Counted from the stretch's first letter, positions 1 to 9,532 are shown. The stretch: 64,000 nucleotides of DNA from an uncultured Candidatus Saccharibacteria bacterium (GCA_964607415.1 CAZSKK010000001.1:196190-260189), one strand, 5' to 3'. A program made the numbers and translations. The notes: generated by a model from the sequence alone, not told the origin.

Positions 1-400
1 CTTTGTTTTCAGGCTTTAACAAGTCTGTAACAGTTTCTTTAGTTAATTTTTCAAAAGCTGTATTATCAGGGGCAAAAATTGTATATGAACCAGGTTGGTC
101 AAGGATTGCATCTAAACCTGTAACTTTTAAACCTTCTACCAAAGTAGTTAAATTAGAAGCACTGGATATATTCTGTTGAATAGATTTGTTCTTATAAGTT
201 ATAGCGCCACCCACAGAAATACTTTCATTCTGTGATGCTAAAGCTTCTGCTTTTTCATTTTCGTAAGCTGTTTTGAGATTACTTATCGTATCTTCATTTT
301 TTCTTTTTTGAATTTCAATTCCAATAAAAAAGCTACTGACTATTGATAGAAGCATTAATATGATTGTAATTTTAAAAAGAATTTTCTGTTTTTTGCTCAT
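1..400 (-). CDS. Fasciclin (FAS1) domain protein with N-terminal membrane anchor; C-terminus runs off the window
   Basis: Minus-strand frame from ATG (revcomp at 398-400): MSKKQKILFKITIILMLLSIVSS followed by SYTIFAPDNTAFEKLTKETVTDLLKPENK, a typical FAS1 signature. The frame is open to position 1. Confidence 0.55.
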   Translation of the reverse strand, partial: MSKKQKILFKITIILMLLSIVSSFFIGIEIQKRKNEDTISNLKTAYENEKAEALASQNESISVGGAITYKNKSIQQNISSASNLTTLVEGLKVTGLDAILDQPGSYTIFAPDNTAFEKLTKETVTDLLKPENK

Positions 401-520
401 AAAATATTTTGTTAACTATAATCATGTATAAGTTTAATAATAAAGCTAGAAAATGTAAATGCTTAAGTTGCTTAAGAAATAATAATGTTATAATTCAGTA
501 TAACTTTTAGGAACACCCAT

Positions 521-967
521 ATGTTCGATAAAGAAAGTACAGATTTTTCTTTACAGCACGTAGCTGTTTTAGATAATACTGCTTCTAAAGTCTTTCGTTC
601 CAACATTAATAACTTATTATCTGTATATGGTTTAGATATTAACCACTGGGCAATTCTGGGTTTACTAAAAAGATATAAAACATTTAATATGGCTGAACTA
701 TCTCAGGAGCTTAGACTAGATCCGCCTTTTATAACAAATTTGATTCACGACTTGAAATTATTAGGGTATATTAGGATAATTCCTTGTAACACAGATAAAA
801 GATGTAAATTAATTGAACTTACCGATAGTGCCAAAGAAATAATACCACTACTGGAAAGAAGAGTTGAAAAGAAGGCTAAAAAGCTTATTCATGCTTCCGA
901 GACTGAGACGGAATGCTTTATAAATACACTTAAAAAAGTTATTCAGAATGGTGAGCAATATATATGA
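521..967 (+). CDS. MarR-family winged-helix transcriptional regulator
   Basis: 148 aa. Central wHTH segment FNMAELSQELRLDPPFITNLIHDLKLLGYIRI is MarR-like. Its stop overlaps the start of the next gene (ATGA). Confidence 0.6.
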   Translation: MFDKESTDFSLQHVAVLDNTASKVFRSNINNLLSVYGLDINHWAILGLLKRYKTFNMAELSQELRLDPPFITNLIHDLKLLGYIRIIPCNTDKRCKLIELTDSAKEIIPLLERRVEKKAKKLIHASETETECFINTLKKVIQNGEQYI

Positions 968-2157
968 AATTTGCATTTATTTTAGGTAAAAACGAAGAAC
1001 TTTCTGCAGTAGAACTTTTCTCGGTTTTAAGATTAAAAAATATAACCTTTAGACTTATTAACAAGGTAAGTAAGATTATACTTCTTGAAATTGATTCTGA
1101 TGAGTTTGAGCCAAGCCAATTTATTGAAGAACTTGGGGGTTTAGTCAGAATTGTAAAAATATATGATTCACTAGATTATTTTGATGATCAACTTTTAACT
1201 AATCTTGATATCTACTTTATAAACGATTTTAATTATTCGTTTATTAACATTAATCTTTTAAAAGAAGAGGAGCAGTCGCTAAAAGCTTCATTTAAAGATT
1301 TTTTTAAGAAGAATAAGTTCAAAGCTCAGCTTAAAAGTTCGGAATACTCTTCAAAGGATAATGTTTCTGACCCTGCCAAATTTTTTTCCTGGAAATTAAA
1401 CGAAGGATTTGAATTTTTTACCATGAAGCTTGCAAGTGTCTACTATTATGGAGTTACAGATGCATGTACGAATGCTAAAAAGTATGTATTTTTAGACGAA
1501 AATAGGCCCCAAAGACTTTTTACCCACGGAACATCCTTTCGATTAGCACAAATAATGATTAACTTATTGCAGTTAAAAAGTGGTTCGACATTAGTTGATC
1601 CATTCGCAGGAACTGGAACGTTTATGATTGAAGGTCTGTTGCATGGTTTAAACGTAATTGGTGTGGATATTGATAGTGATGTTTTGTTTGCTGCGAAAAA
1701 AAACATTAATTGGGCTAAGACAACGTTTGCCAATAATCAAAAGCATATGTTGATACATGAATCATCTGAAACAGCAGATTTCAATGCAGATGCATGTGTG
1801 TTCGAACCATTCATGGGACCTTTTCTTAAAAATCTGCCAAGGTATGTTGAAGCTGAGAATACAGTCTATATGCTTACAAATATATATACTAATTTATTTA
1901 AAAATTTATATAAAAGTCTTCGTCAGCGTGAAAAAGGATTGCCGTCAGTAGTCTGTATTTTACCGGAATTTAAAACCAGAGAAGGTAAATTATTAAAACC
2001 AGACTATAATAAAATCTTTTCTTCAACCGGGTTCAAGTTAATGGATCTTAAAGAAATCGATACTTCGTTAAATATAAAAAATCCAATTTTATATCAAACA
2101 CCTGAAGGGAATAATATTATCAGGAAATTATATGTTTTGGAAAGAAAAACAGCATAG
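964..2157 (+). CDS. SAM-dependent methyltransferase, Trm11/Trm-G10 (UPF0020)-like, putative tRNA m2G methyltransferase
   Basis: N-terminus MKFAFILGKNEELSAVELFSVL resembles the Trm11/TrmG10 N-domain. Motif I is LVDPFAGTGTFMIEG. Motif IV is the unusual FEPFMG rather than (D/N)PP(Y/F). Translationally coupled to the upstream MarR gene. Confidence 0.5.
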   Translation: MKFAFILGKNEELSAVELFSVLRLKNITFRLINKVSKIILLEIDSDEFEPSQFIEELGGLVRIVKIYDSLDYFDDQLLTNLDIYFINDFNYSFININLLKEEEQSLKASFKDFFKKNKFKAQLKSSEYSSKDNVSDPAKFFSWKLNEGFEFFTMKLASVYYYGVTDACTNAKKYVFLDENRPQRLFTHGTSFRLAQIMINLLQLKSGSTLVDPFAGTGTFMIEGLLHGLNVIGVDIDSDVLFAAKKNINWAKTTFANNQKHMLIHESSETADFNADACVFEPFMGPFLKNLPRYVEAENTVYMLTNIYTNLFKNLYKSLRQREKGLPSVVCILPEFKTREGKLLKPDYNKIFSSTGFKLMDLKEIDTSLNIKNPILYQTPEGNNIIRKLYVLERKTA

Positions 2158-2264
2158 TTTTAAATTCTAAGCACTAAATTCTAAACAAATTCTAAATTTT
2201 TAAATCCCAAACTATAGACTTTTGTATTTGGGCATTTTATATTTTACTTCAAGTTTGCAATGTA

Positions 2265-2708
2265 CTAAATATTTAAAGCTCTTTGCAAAACATTCTTATG
2301 ATCAAATGCTAATTCAATTGATTTTAATTCCTCTTTGGCAATCCATTTAGCTTCCAAAGTTTCGTTTGCGATAGTAACAACTGGAAGCTCTTCTTTATCA
2401 CCAAGTTCAAGAAGAAATGCGATTGAAATAATACGTTTCCTTGGATCTCTACCTACTTTACCAAAAACACCTATTTCTTTTATGTTTTTTATTGCATCTT
2501 GGATATTTGTTTCTTCTCTAAGCTCTCGTTCTGCTGCCACTTCTAACTCTTCATCGGGCTTAATAAAGCCACCAGGTAATGCCCACTTGTCTTTGAAAGG
2601 CTCATATTGCCTTTTAATAAAGAGAATGTAATCAATATTTTTTACAGTTACTTTGCAAACTGCGTCAACAGCGATTTTTATTTCCTGGGTGGGTTCTATA
2701 TATTTCAT
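2265..2708 (-). CDS. Nudix hydrolase
   Basis: Nudix box GGFIKPDEELEVAAERELREETNI matches Gx5Ex7REUxEExGU. Confidence 0.75.
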   Translation of the reverse strand: MKYIEPTQEIKIAVDAVCKVTVKNIDYILFIKRQYEPFKDKWALPGGFIKPDEELEVAAERELREETNIQDAIKNIKEIGVFGKVGRDPRKRIISIAFLLELGDKEELPVVTIANETLEAKWIAKEELKSIELAFDHKNVLQRALNI

Positions 2709-3832
2709 TTTGTAGTCAATTTATTTAATCTATATCCTTTTCCATAAATAGTTTGTATATCTATATTGAACCCTAAATCAATAATCTTTTTTCTAAGTCT
2801 GGCTATTCTTTGATCTAAAGCCCATTCTGAGTATTTATTTTTAAACTCATCTTTCCATATTATTTTACCTATATCTTCTTTTTTTACAACAGAATGAGTT
2901 TTTAATAATGTTTCAATAATCTCTCTTTCCTTTACATTAAGTAAGTTCAGGTCAAGACCAGTAAGTTTATTCTCTTCCGTAAGATCAATATTTTTAAAGA
3001 TTATTATATTTTCTATTAGATCTTTTATTACCGGAATATTAATTTGGTTATCTTTTATAAATCCAACATTTTTATAATTCTCAAGAATTTCATTTTCTTC
3101 CACAGAAAGTTCAATTTGTTTGTTAATTTTTTTAAAAACGTTTAAAGCTTTCTCGTCAAAGTTTTCAATTAGAAGTTTTGCATACCGTTCGAAAGAATCT
3201 GTTTTCGCAATTTCGTCCTGAATTTTTCTTTTAGTTAACCCAAAATGCCCGTTTGTTAAAGTTTTACTCTCTAAAATCTTTTCCAAGCTAATCTCTGTAT
3301 GATATTGATTACTTAAAGTATCTCTTAACGACTCAACCGACCAATCCATTTCAATTTTTTGATAAATTATTCCTTCGAAGACTATGGATGCAGGATTTAC
3401 TTTATTCTTAATTTTATTTAAAAACATAGGATCTTCAGCCAAAAATACAAACTTTAACTTTCCTCTGTATTTTCTGTAAAAGCTATCGGCAATTTCAATT
3501 GCTTTTTCTGGTTCTTTTAGAAGAGCTAGATCATCCAAAATACATACAGTTTCTATGTTATGGCTAATAGTTTCATAAACATTATCACCAGGAAATTCGT
3601 CTCTAATCAGTCTTTCATTGATTCCGTTTTCAATATACAAGGGATCTAAAACAGGTAATGAATTAAGGGCAATATGAATAAATGAATATGTAGGGTCGTA
3701 ACCATTAGATTGTTGTGTTCCTTTTAAGAGCTTATCAAAAAGGTAATATAGTCCATCATCTGCAAAACCAATCACAGTTGGATTTATTCCCATGTTTAGG
3801 TAACTGATGACTTTTTCTTTCAAAAAATTCAT
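2705..3832 (-). CDS. Transcriptional regulator with C-terminal OmpR/CadC-type winged helix
   Basis: C-terminus ...ARLRKKIIDLGFNIDIQTIYGKGYRLN is the OmpR/PhoB wHTH signature. The N-terminal 280 aa are unassigned. Start overlaps the Nudix gene stop. Confidence 0.5.
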   Translation of the reverse strand: MNFLKEKVISYLNMGINPTVIGFADDGLYYLFDKLLKGTQQSNGYDPTYSFIHIALNSLPVLDPLYIENGINERLIRDEFPGDNVYETISHNIETVCILDDLALLKEPEKAIEIADSFYRKYRGKLKFVFLAEDPMFLNKIKNKVNPASIVFEGIIYQKIEMDWSVESLRDTLSNQYHTEISLEKILESKTLTNGHFGLTKRKIQDEIAKTDSFERYAKLLIENFDEKALNVFKKINKQIELSVEENEILENYKNVGFIKDNQINIPVIKDLIENIIIFKNIDLTEENKLTGLDLNLLNVKEREIIETLLKTHSVVKKEDIGKIIWKDEFKNKYSEWALDQRIARLRKKIIDLGFNIDIQTIYGKGYRLNKLTTK

Positions 3833-4128
3833 AATTTAGTTTTAGTTTATTAGTTAATTAGTTTTAAAACAAGTAAACCAATTAACTGTCAACAAATTAA
3901 CATGCTTATTATACCTCCAAACGCCTTTCTAGTCTAAGTTGTCAGAATTTAGTAACTTTCTGACAAGATTCGTCAAGTTTGAAGTAGCTTTAGAAGCGAT
4001 AATTCTTTAATCAATTAGTTTATTACGTTAAATCCTAAAATCTTATGCTAATGCATAAAAAATTAAGATTTGGTCAAAATTGATTTATCAATTAGGGAGT
4101 TTTTATATTATTTTTTAATTAATTATTT

Positions 4129-5175
4129 ATGTCAAGCGTTTACCCACAACAACATGGTGATGAAGAATTTTCTTCAATCACAGAAAATATCGAGTTGGCA
4201 GGCGCCCAAGATCATGTGCGCCTACTGTTATTGGTAAGTTCTTTGCATGAAAGTGCTGCTCAATTAGGCCAAGATGATTGGTTCAAAGCACAAACTAAAG
4301 ATGGAAAAAGAAATAGAGTCCCTTATTCATCCAGAAGTCCAGTTACGCTTACGCTTGACGGGCAAACTGTAGGAAAGGAAGGACACCAAGGATTAATGTC
4401 TTATGAGACAATGAAAACTATTGCACATAGCCCTGATACGGTGACTAGAGAAGCATTAAAAGAAATGCTAACAAAGGATTTTCAGGCGGTTGGCTATAAT
4501 CTGGATTTTTCATATTTAGATTCTATTACAGAAGAACAATTTAAGGCCTGGATGCAAGATGTTGCAACAAAAAGAATCCATGATAACGATGCCTGGGGAA
4601 AAACTGCTACAGGTTTTCTGGAAGCGCAAGGTATCAATATTTTAAAGTTAAAATCAGGAGAATTGACAGTTGAGCAAGTTCAAATGATTTTTGATTTAAA
4701 AAAAGGGATAAATTCTATTTGGAATCCTAAAACTACTAGTGAATTTAGAACTTTGCTACAAAACAATGTTGCTTTAAAGGTGGCAATGGTTACAGCTCAC
4801 TCCAACTGGCGAAAATCAAAATACACTCAAGACGAAAACTATCAAAATTTTTCTATTGAGAATTCAATAAATGAAGCTAAATCAGCCTTAACTAGAGCTG
4901 ATATTGAACTCGAAGCGATCGAAAGCCAAATAAATAGTGTTCGTGAAGGTGCGCATAAATCGCCAACTATTAGTCCTGAGATAAGTTTTGAGCTAATGCT
5001 AAAGCTATGCGATATGTTGGAAGAGGTAGCTTCGAAACACGAAGATGTGATAACAAGAGCAAGGATCCTTAATCAAAGAGACAAGCTTTTGGATACAATA
5101 AGATACGATGCAAACACTGCGATTACGGATTCTGTTATACAAATGGGTAATTTAAAAGATCAAACAGAAAGTTAA
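4129..5175 (+). CDS. Hypothetical protein, coiled-coil rich, encoded in a GC-richer islet
   Basis: 348-aa ORF. Local GC is about 42% against a roughly 30% background. Followed by a strong GC-rich hairpin terminator. Confidence 0.5.
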   Translation: MSSVYPQQHGDEEFSSITENIELAGAQDHVRLLLLVSSLHESAAQLGQDDWFKAQTKDGKRNRVPYSSRSPVTLTLDGQTVGKEGHQGLMSYETMKTIAHSPDTVTREALKEMLTKDFQAVGYNLDFSYLDSITEEQFKAWMQDVATKRIHDNDAWGKTATGFLEAQGINILKLKSGELTVEQVQMIFDLKKGINSIWNPKTTSEFRTLLQNNVALKVAMVTAHSNWRKSKYTQDENYQNFSIENSINEAKSALTRADIELEAIESQINSVREGAHKSPTISPEISFELMLKLCDMLEEVASKHEDVITRARILNQRDKLLDTIRYDANTAITDSVIQMGNLKDQTES

Positions 5176-5185
5176 GTTTTTAAAA

Positions 5186-5220
5186 GGCGGGTTTTAGGTT
5201 TACCTAAAACCCGCTAAATA
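5186..5220 (+). terminator. Rho-independent terminator
   Basis: GGCGGGTTTTAGGT-TT-ACCTAAAACCCGC hairpin followed by TAAATATT. Confidence 0.6.
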
Positions 5221-5304
5221 TTCAACGCTCACTACTAACCCGCTTCTTTCTTTTGATGACAAATCACACTCTACCTAGTATAATTGCTTAAAACGTAACA
5301 ACAT

Positions 5305-6171
5305 ATGGATAAGTTACTATCTTCAATAAAAACCTTAGCAACTCCCAAAAACGTTGCAGTACTTTCCTTGGGATCTTTTCTTTTATTAATGAGTTTTTTA
5401 ACTCCTTTAATTGGAATTCCTCTTTTATTTGATTACAAAATAGATATTAATCCAGAAATTAAGTTCGATAAAAGTATTTTAGAATGTCTAACTCAAAGTG
5501 ATGTTCTAACAACAGCAATTACTGAACCACAAAAAAGTGATTTTTATTCAGATGAAACAATAAATCTGACTGGTGAATATTTGTTTAAATGTAGTAAAAC
5601 CAGTTTAGAAAATGTAAAGCTTTCTTGGTTGTTAAATGATGAAAAAGAACCATTTTCAAAAGACAAAACTGCTTCACTTTCTAATTTAAAAGCCGGAAAT
5701 TACAAAGTTACTTTTAAAGTTAACGGTACTTCGGAAACAGGAAAAGTTATTGAAAATAGTGAATCAAAAGATTTTGTAATTACAGATAGACCAGCACCTA
5801 CGCCAGTATATGTTCCACCAGTAAATCCACCAGCTCATGTAAATCAAGGACCAAGTGTAAGTATAGTGTCACCTAAATTTACGCCAACACCATACAATCA
5901 AGGTCAAACTGTAAGATTTGCAGGAATAGGAACCGATCCAGAAGATGGAAATCTGTCAGGTGCATCTTTGCAGTGGAGCTATGTGTTAAGTTATAACGGA
6001 ATTGACGATCCAGAAGTAAATTTTGGGTCTGGAACATCAGCTAGTTTAAATTTAACATTGCCACCAGCAGTTTACTTTGCAACCTATACGGTGTCTTTAA
6101 GAGCAACCGATTCTAACGGCGCAACTGCGCAAACAAGCTTAGTTTTAAATGTCGGTTATATTTTGTATTAA
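5305..6171 (+). CDS. Secreted or membrane-anchored beta-sandwich (Ig/PKD-like) protein with Pro-rich linker
   Basis: N-terminal hydrophobic anchor VAVLSLGSFLLLMSFLTPLIGIPLL. Linker PAPTPVYVPPVNPPAH. Two Ig-like segments. The stop TAA overlaps the next ATG (TAATG). Confidence 0.5.
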   Translation: MDKLLSSIKTLATPKNVAVLSLGSFLLLMSFLTPLIGIPLLFDYKIDINPEIKFDKSILECLTQSDVLTTAITEPQKSDFYSDETINLTGEYLFKCSKTSLENVKLSWLLNDEKEPFSKDKTASLSNLKAGNYKVTFKVNGTSETGKVIENSESKDFVITDRPAPTPVYVPPVNPPAHVNQGPSVSIVSPKFTPTPYNQGQTVRFAGIGTDPEDGNLSGASLQWSYVLSYNGIDDPEVNFGSGTSASLNLTLPPAVYFATYTVSLRATDSNGATAQTSLVLNVGYILY

Positions 6172-7202
6172 TGAAAAAAGTAAAATTAATCGCAACAATA
6201 ATTTTTGTTCTTGCACTACTTCTCGTTAGCTTAGGGGCTTTGTATTTATATTTATTCCAAAAATCAGACAAATTTTTACTTGTAAAAGAGAGCGGTGCTG
6301 TTTTTTACAAATTACCAAATGAAATTGAATATTCTGAATTAACTTTGGATGAAAGAGAATTCCCAGCTGGGACCTATATAAAAACAGATGTTTTAAGCTA
6401 TGCAAGAGTATTTTTGCCAGATAATTCTTTAATTTCAATTGATGAAAAAACGGAACTTCAAATTAATTACAACAGTAATAAAGTTTCAATTAAACAGTTT
6501 ATAGGCAAAACCTGGAATAGAGTTGAATCATTAAGCAAAGGCCAGGAGTTTGAGGTTGAAACTCCAAATACTATAGCAGCGGTTCGAGGGACGATTTTTG
6601 GGGTTGGAGTTGATAATGATCAACTCTCAAGAGTATTTGTTGAAGAACATACAGTTGATGTTTCCAGATTTAACGAGTCTGAAATTCTCGAAACTCAAGA
6701 TTTAGATGAAAGTGATATTGCTCAAATTATTAAAGACGAAACTCAATACAAAATTTTAAAAGAAAAAATAGGTGACGATCTGAGAAACTCATTATGGTAT
6801 AAAAGAAACAAGCTTGTTGATGAAGAATATAAAAAGCTTAAGCAACGAAGATTTGTTTTAGACTTTAGAAAAACATTAAAGGATAATTTAGAAAAACGAT
6901 CTGAGTTTAACGAATATAGGTTGGGGTTAAAATCAAATCTTTCTAGAGAAAAAATTGAAGATCAATTAACTAACGTCTATGATATTTCAAAAATTTCTGA
7001 AAAAACTTGTACAAGTTATACCTCTGTAAGCATTCAAGATGCTATAAATAAAGTTAGATATTATAGAAATTATATTAATAAAGCAGATCAAATCGAATCT
7101 TTGTTATCTAATTTAAAAGAAACTTGTTCGGATTCCGAAATGACTTTAAATGAAGCAATAGAGCTTGAAAAGCAAGTGAATCAAATAAACTCATCTAACT
7201 AA
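6171..7202 (+). CDS. FecR-domain protein, membrane anchored
   Basis: N-terminal TM segment. Motif AAVRGTIFGVGVD is the FecR (PF04773) core. Confidence 0.6.
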   Translation: MKKVKLIATIIFVLALLLVSLGALYLYLFQKSDKFLLVKESGAVFYKLPNEIEYSELTLDEREFPAGTYIKTDVLSYARVFLPDNSLISIDEKTELQINYNSNKVSIKQFIGKTWNRVESLSKGQEFEVETPNTIAAVRGTIFGVGVDNDQLSRVFVEEHTVDVSRFNESEILETQDLDESDIAQIIKDETQYKILKEKIGDDLRNSLWYKRNKLVDEEYKKLKQRRFVLDFRKTLKDNLEKRSEFNEYRLGLKSNLSREKIEDQLTNVYDISKISEKTCTSYTSVSIQDAINKVRYYRNYINKADQIESLLSNLKETCSDSEMTLNEAIELEKQVNQINSSN

Positions 7203-7208
7203 ATTCTA

Positions 7209-9149
7209 ATGAAATCTAAAATTATTTCTCTTTTAGTGTTTGTTATTGTTAACGCTGTAGTTTTTTTACTCCTTCAAGCTAATTTTGTTGGTGGAATTAA
7301 TAATCTTTATTCAGATACTCTTCAAGGTTCAATTGATGCAAGGCAGGAAATTGTAATTGTAGGTATTGATGACAAAAGCTTGCAACAAATTGGAAGTTGG
7401 CCTTGGGATCGCTCAGTGTTTGCTGAGGCCTTAAAAAAAATAGATTCGTCTAACCCTTCTGTGGTAGGTGTTGATGTCTTATTTTTAGAGTCCAGAAATG
7501 GTGATACACAAGTTGAAGATTTTTTAATTGACTCAAAAGCACAGGTTGTTATGGGTAGTAAGCTAGTGGATGAGCAGGTATTTGTTAGTGTTTATGATAC
7601 TAGGTCTGGTTTTGTAAACTTTGACCCTGATCCAGATGGGAAAATTCGTTCAGCACAAATGTATAGAGAAATCGATGGGAAATGCATGTCAAGCTTTTCG
7701 GTAGAGATTGTAAGCATTTATTTTGGAATTAACGATAAGTTTTACTGTGATGAAAACTTAAAGTTAAGAACCAGAGTTTATGATTTATCAAAGAATAATA
7801 CTTTAAGATTTGCATATACTAATGAAGACTTTGAAGTAATCTCGTTTTCTAACCTTTTAGATTCTAATTATAACTACAATTTTAAAGATAAAATTGTGTT
7901 GATTGGCTCAACTGCCCTTGATTTAAGAACAAATTTAAACGATAACTTTACAGATATTTTTGGTAATAGTATTCCTGGAATTGAAATTCATGCAAACATA
8001 ATAAACAGTTTTCTAAATGAAACTTTTTACACTACTCTTAATTGGGAACAGACTTTGGCGATTTTTTTAATTGTGAATACACTCCTTATAGCACTGAGTT
8101 TTAAAATTAAAAAAATCGCCTTTATAACTTTTATATTTCTTGCATTTATATTAATAACATTCGCATTAAGTCTTTTATTAGCTCAATTGAAAACTTTGCT
8201 TCCATTAATTTCAATTTTGGTAGGGCTTATTACTAATTATTTGATTATTCTTTTATACAAATATTTAACTCAATCAAAAGAAACAAAATTTATTAAAAAT
8301 GTATTTTCAAGATATTTGAATGAAAATTTGCTTAAAGTGTTGCTGGAGGACAGCTCAAAATTAAAACTGGGAGGTGAAGAACGAAACATGACGGTAATGT
8401 TTTCTGATATCAGAAGCTTTACTACAATTTCTGAAGGGCTAACGCCAACTGAATTAATCAATTTAGTTAATGATTATCTTAGTTTTATGTCAGATATTAT
8501 CCTCAACAATAATGGGACTATAGATAAATACATAGGGGACGCGATTATGGCTTTGTGGAATGCACCAATAAATGATGACAATCATTCTGTTAATGCTGTT
8601 AAAACAGCAATTGCAATGAAAGAAAGCTTAGACTTATTTAAAAAAACTTATCCTAATTATCCGGAAATTAATATTGGTATTGGAATAAATACTGGTCAAA
8701 TGACTGCAGGAAATGTTGGTGGTGAAAAGCGTTTTGACTATACTGTTTTAGGGGATAATGTAAATTTAGCCTCAAGACTTGAGGGTTTAACAAAAAAATA
8801 TGGTGTGACAACGATTGTAACAGAATCGGCGAAGAATGATTTTAAGACAAAAAGTAAAGAAACTAACATAGGTTTCAGACTTTTAGATGAGGTTATTGTA
8901 AAAGGTAAGAGCAATAGCATAAAGATTTTTGAGCCTTTTAAAAATAGCGATGATAAGTCGTCTAAGCTAATAAATGCTTACGAAGAAGCATTTATGCTTT
9001 ATCAAAAAGGTGATTTTGCAAAAGCTTTAGAAATTTTGAAGGAGAATAGAGATGATAAACCATCACAACTTCTAATTGAACGAATAAACTCCTTAAGTAA
9101 AGATCAGAAAACAAAATGGAGCGGCGTTTGGAAATGGGAAGATAAGTAG
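7209..9149 (+). CDS. CHASE2 sensor-domain adenylate/guanylate cyclase (class III)
   Basis: N-terminal TM, then an extracytoplasmic domain of about 270 aa, then three TM helices. Cyclase core is MTVMFSDIRSFTTISEGL...DKYIGDAIMALWNAP. C-terminal TPR-like tail. Confidence 0.75.
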   Translation: MKSKIISLLVFVIVNAVVFLLLQANFVGGINNLYSDTLQGSIDARQEIVIVGIDDKSLQQIGSWPWDRSVFAEALKKIDSSNPSVVGVDVLFLESRNGDTQVEDFLIDSKAQVVMGSKLVDEQVFVSVYDTRSGFVNFDPDPDGKIRSAQMYREIDGKCMSSFSVEIVSIYFGINDKFYCDENLKLRTRVYDLSKNNTLRFAYTNEDFEVISFSNLLDSNYNYNFKDKIVLIGSTALDLRTNLNDNFTDIFGNSIPGIEIHANIINSFLNETFYTTLNWEQTLAIFLIVNTLLIALSFKIKKIAFITFIFLAFILITFALSLLLAQLKTLLPLISILVGLITNYLIILLYKYLTQSKETKFIKNVFSRYLNENLLKVLLEDSSKLKLGGEERNMTVMFSDIRSFTTISEGLTPTELINLVNDYLSFMSDIILNNNGTIDKYIGDAIMALWNAPINDDNHSVNAVKTAIAMKESLDLFKKTYPNYPEINIGIGINTGQMTAGNVGGEKRFDYTVLGDNVNLASRLEGLTKKYGVTTIVTESAKNDFKTKSKETNIGFRLLDEVIVKGKSNSIKIFEPFKNSDDKSSKLINAYEEAFMLYQKGDFAKALEILKENRDDKPSQLLIERINSLSKDQKTKWSGVWKWEDK

Positions 9150-9240
9150 TTCAAGTGTAAGTTTAAGAGTAAGTCAAAGCTAAAAATGTTTTCATGCCTA
9201 GGTTAAGATGGTATAATTCGATGTTAAAAAATAAATATGT

Positions 9241-9313
9241 GCGCCGGTAGCTCAACGGATAGAGCAACTGCCTTCTAAGCAGTAGGTTAAAGGTTCGATT
9301 CCTTTCCGGCGTA
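9241..9313 (+). tRNA. tRNA-Arg (anticodon TCT)
   Basis: Manual cloverleaf. Acceptor GCGCCGG/CCGGCGT. D-arm TAGCTCAACGGATAGAGC. Anticodon stem ACTGC/GCAGT with loop CTTCTAA. T-arm AAAGG TTCGATT CCTTT. Confidence 0.7.
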
Positions 9314-9335
9314 AATCGAATTTTCTTCTCGTTTT

Positions 9336-9474
9336 ATGTAGGTTAAAGGTTAACTCAATAGTACAATGTGCTATTTCGTCTTTCCGACGTAAATAAACTT
9401 TCATATTAAAATTTTTTACTCAGGTTAAAGATTCGTCTCAATAACACAATGTGTTATTTCGTTTCCGCAGTAAA
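9336..9474 (+). repeat. Two degenerate direct copies of the tRNA-Arg 3' end (T-arm/acceptor), each interrupted by a roughly 28-nt insert
   Basis: AGGTTAAAGGTT...TTTCCGACGTAAAT and AGGTTAAAGATTCG...TTTCCGCAGTAAAT, compared with the tRNA 3' end AGGTTAAAGGTTCGATTCCTTTCCGGCGTAAAT. Confidence 0.5.
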
Positions 9475-9513
9475 TATTTTATTAAACTTCTTATAAGTTT
9501 TCCCTTTAATTGC

Positions 9514-9519
9514 TATAAT
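9514..9519 (+). promoter_or_regulatory. Possible -10 box (TATAAT) upstream of tRNA-Arg(TCG)
   Basis: TGCTATAATT lies about 14 nt upstream of the tRNA 5' end. No clear -35. Confidence 0.25.
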
Positions 9520-9532
9520 TGTTTGAAATCTA

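Noticed and set aside
1446-2631. Small internal ORFs (1446-1733 -, 1757-1951 +, 2335-2631 +)
   Set aside because: They are nested inside or antisense to the methyltransferase and Nudix genes, which have clear catalytic motifs.
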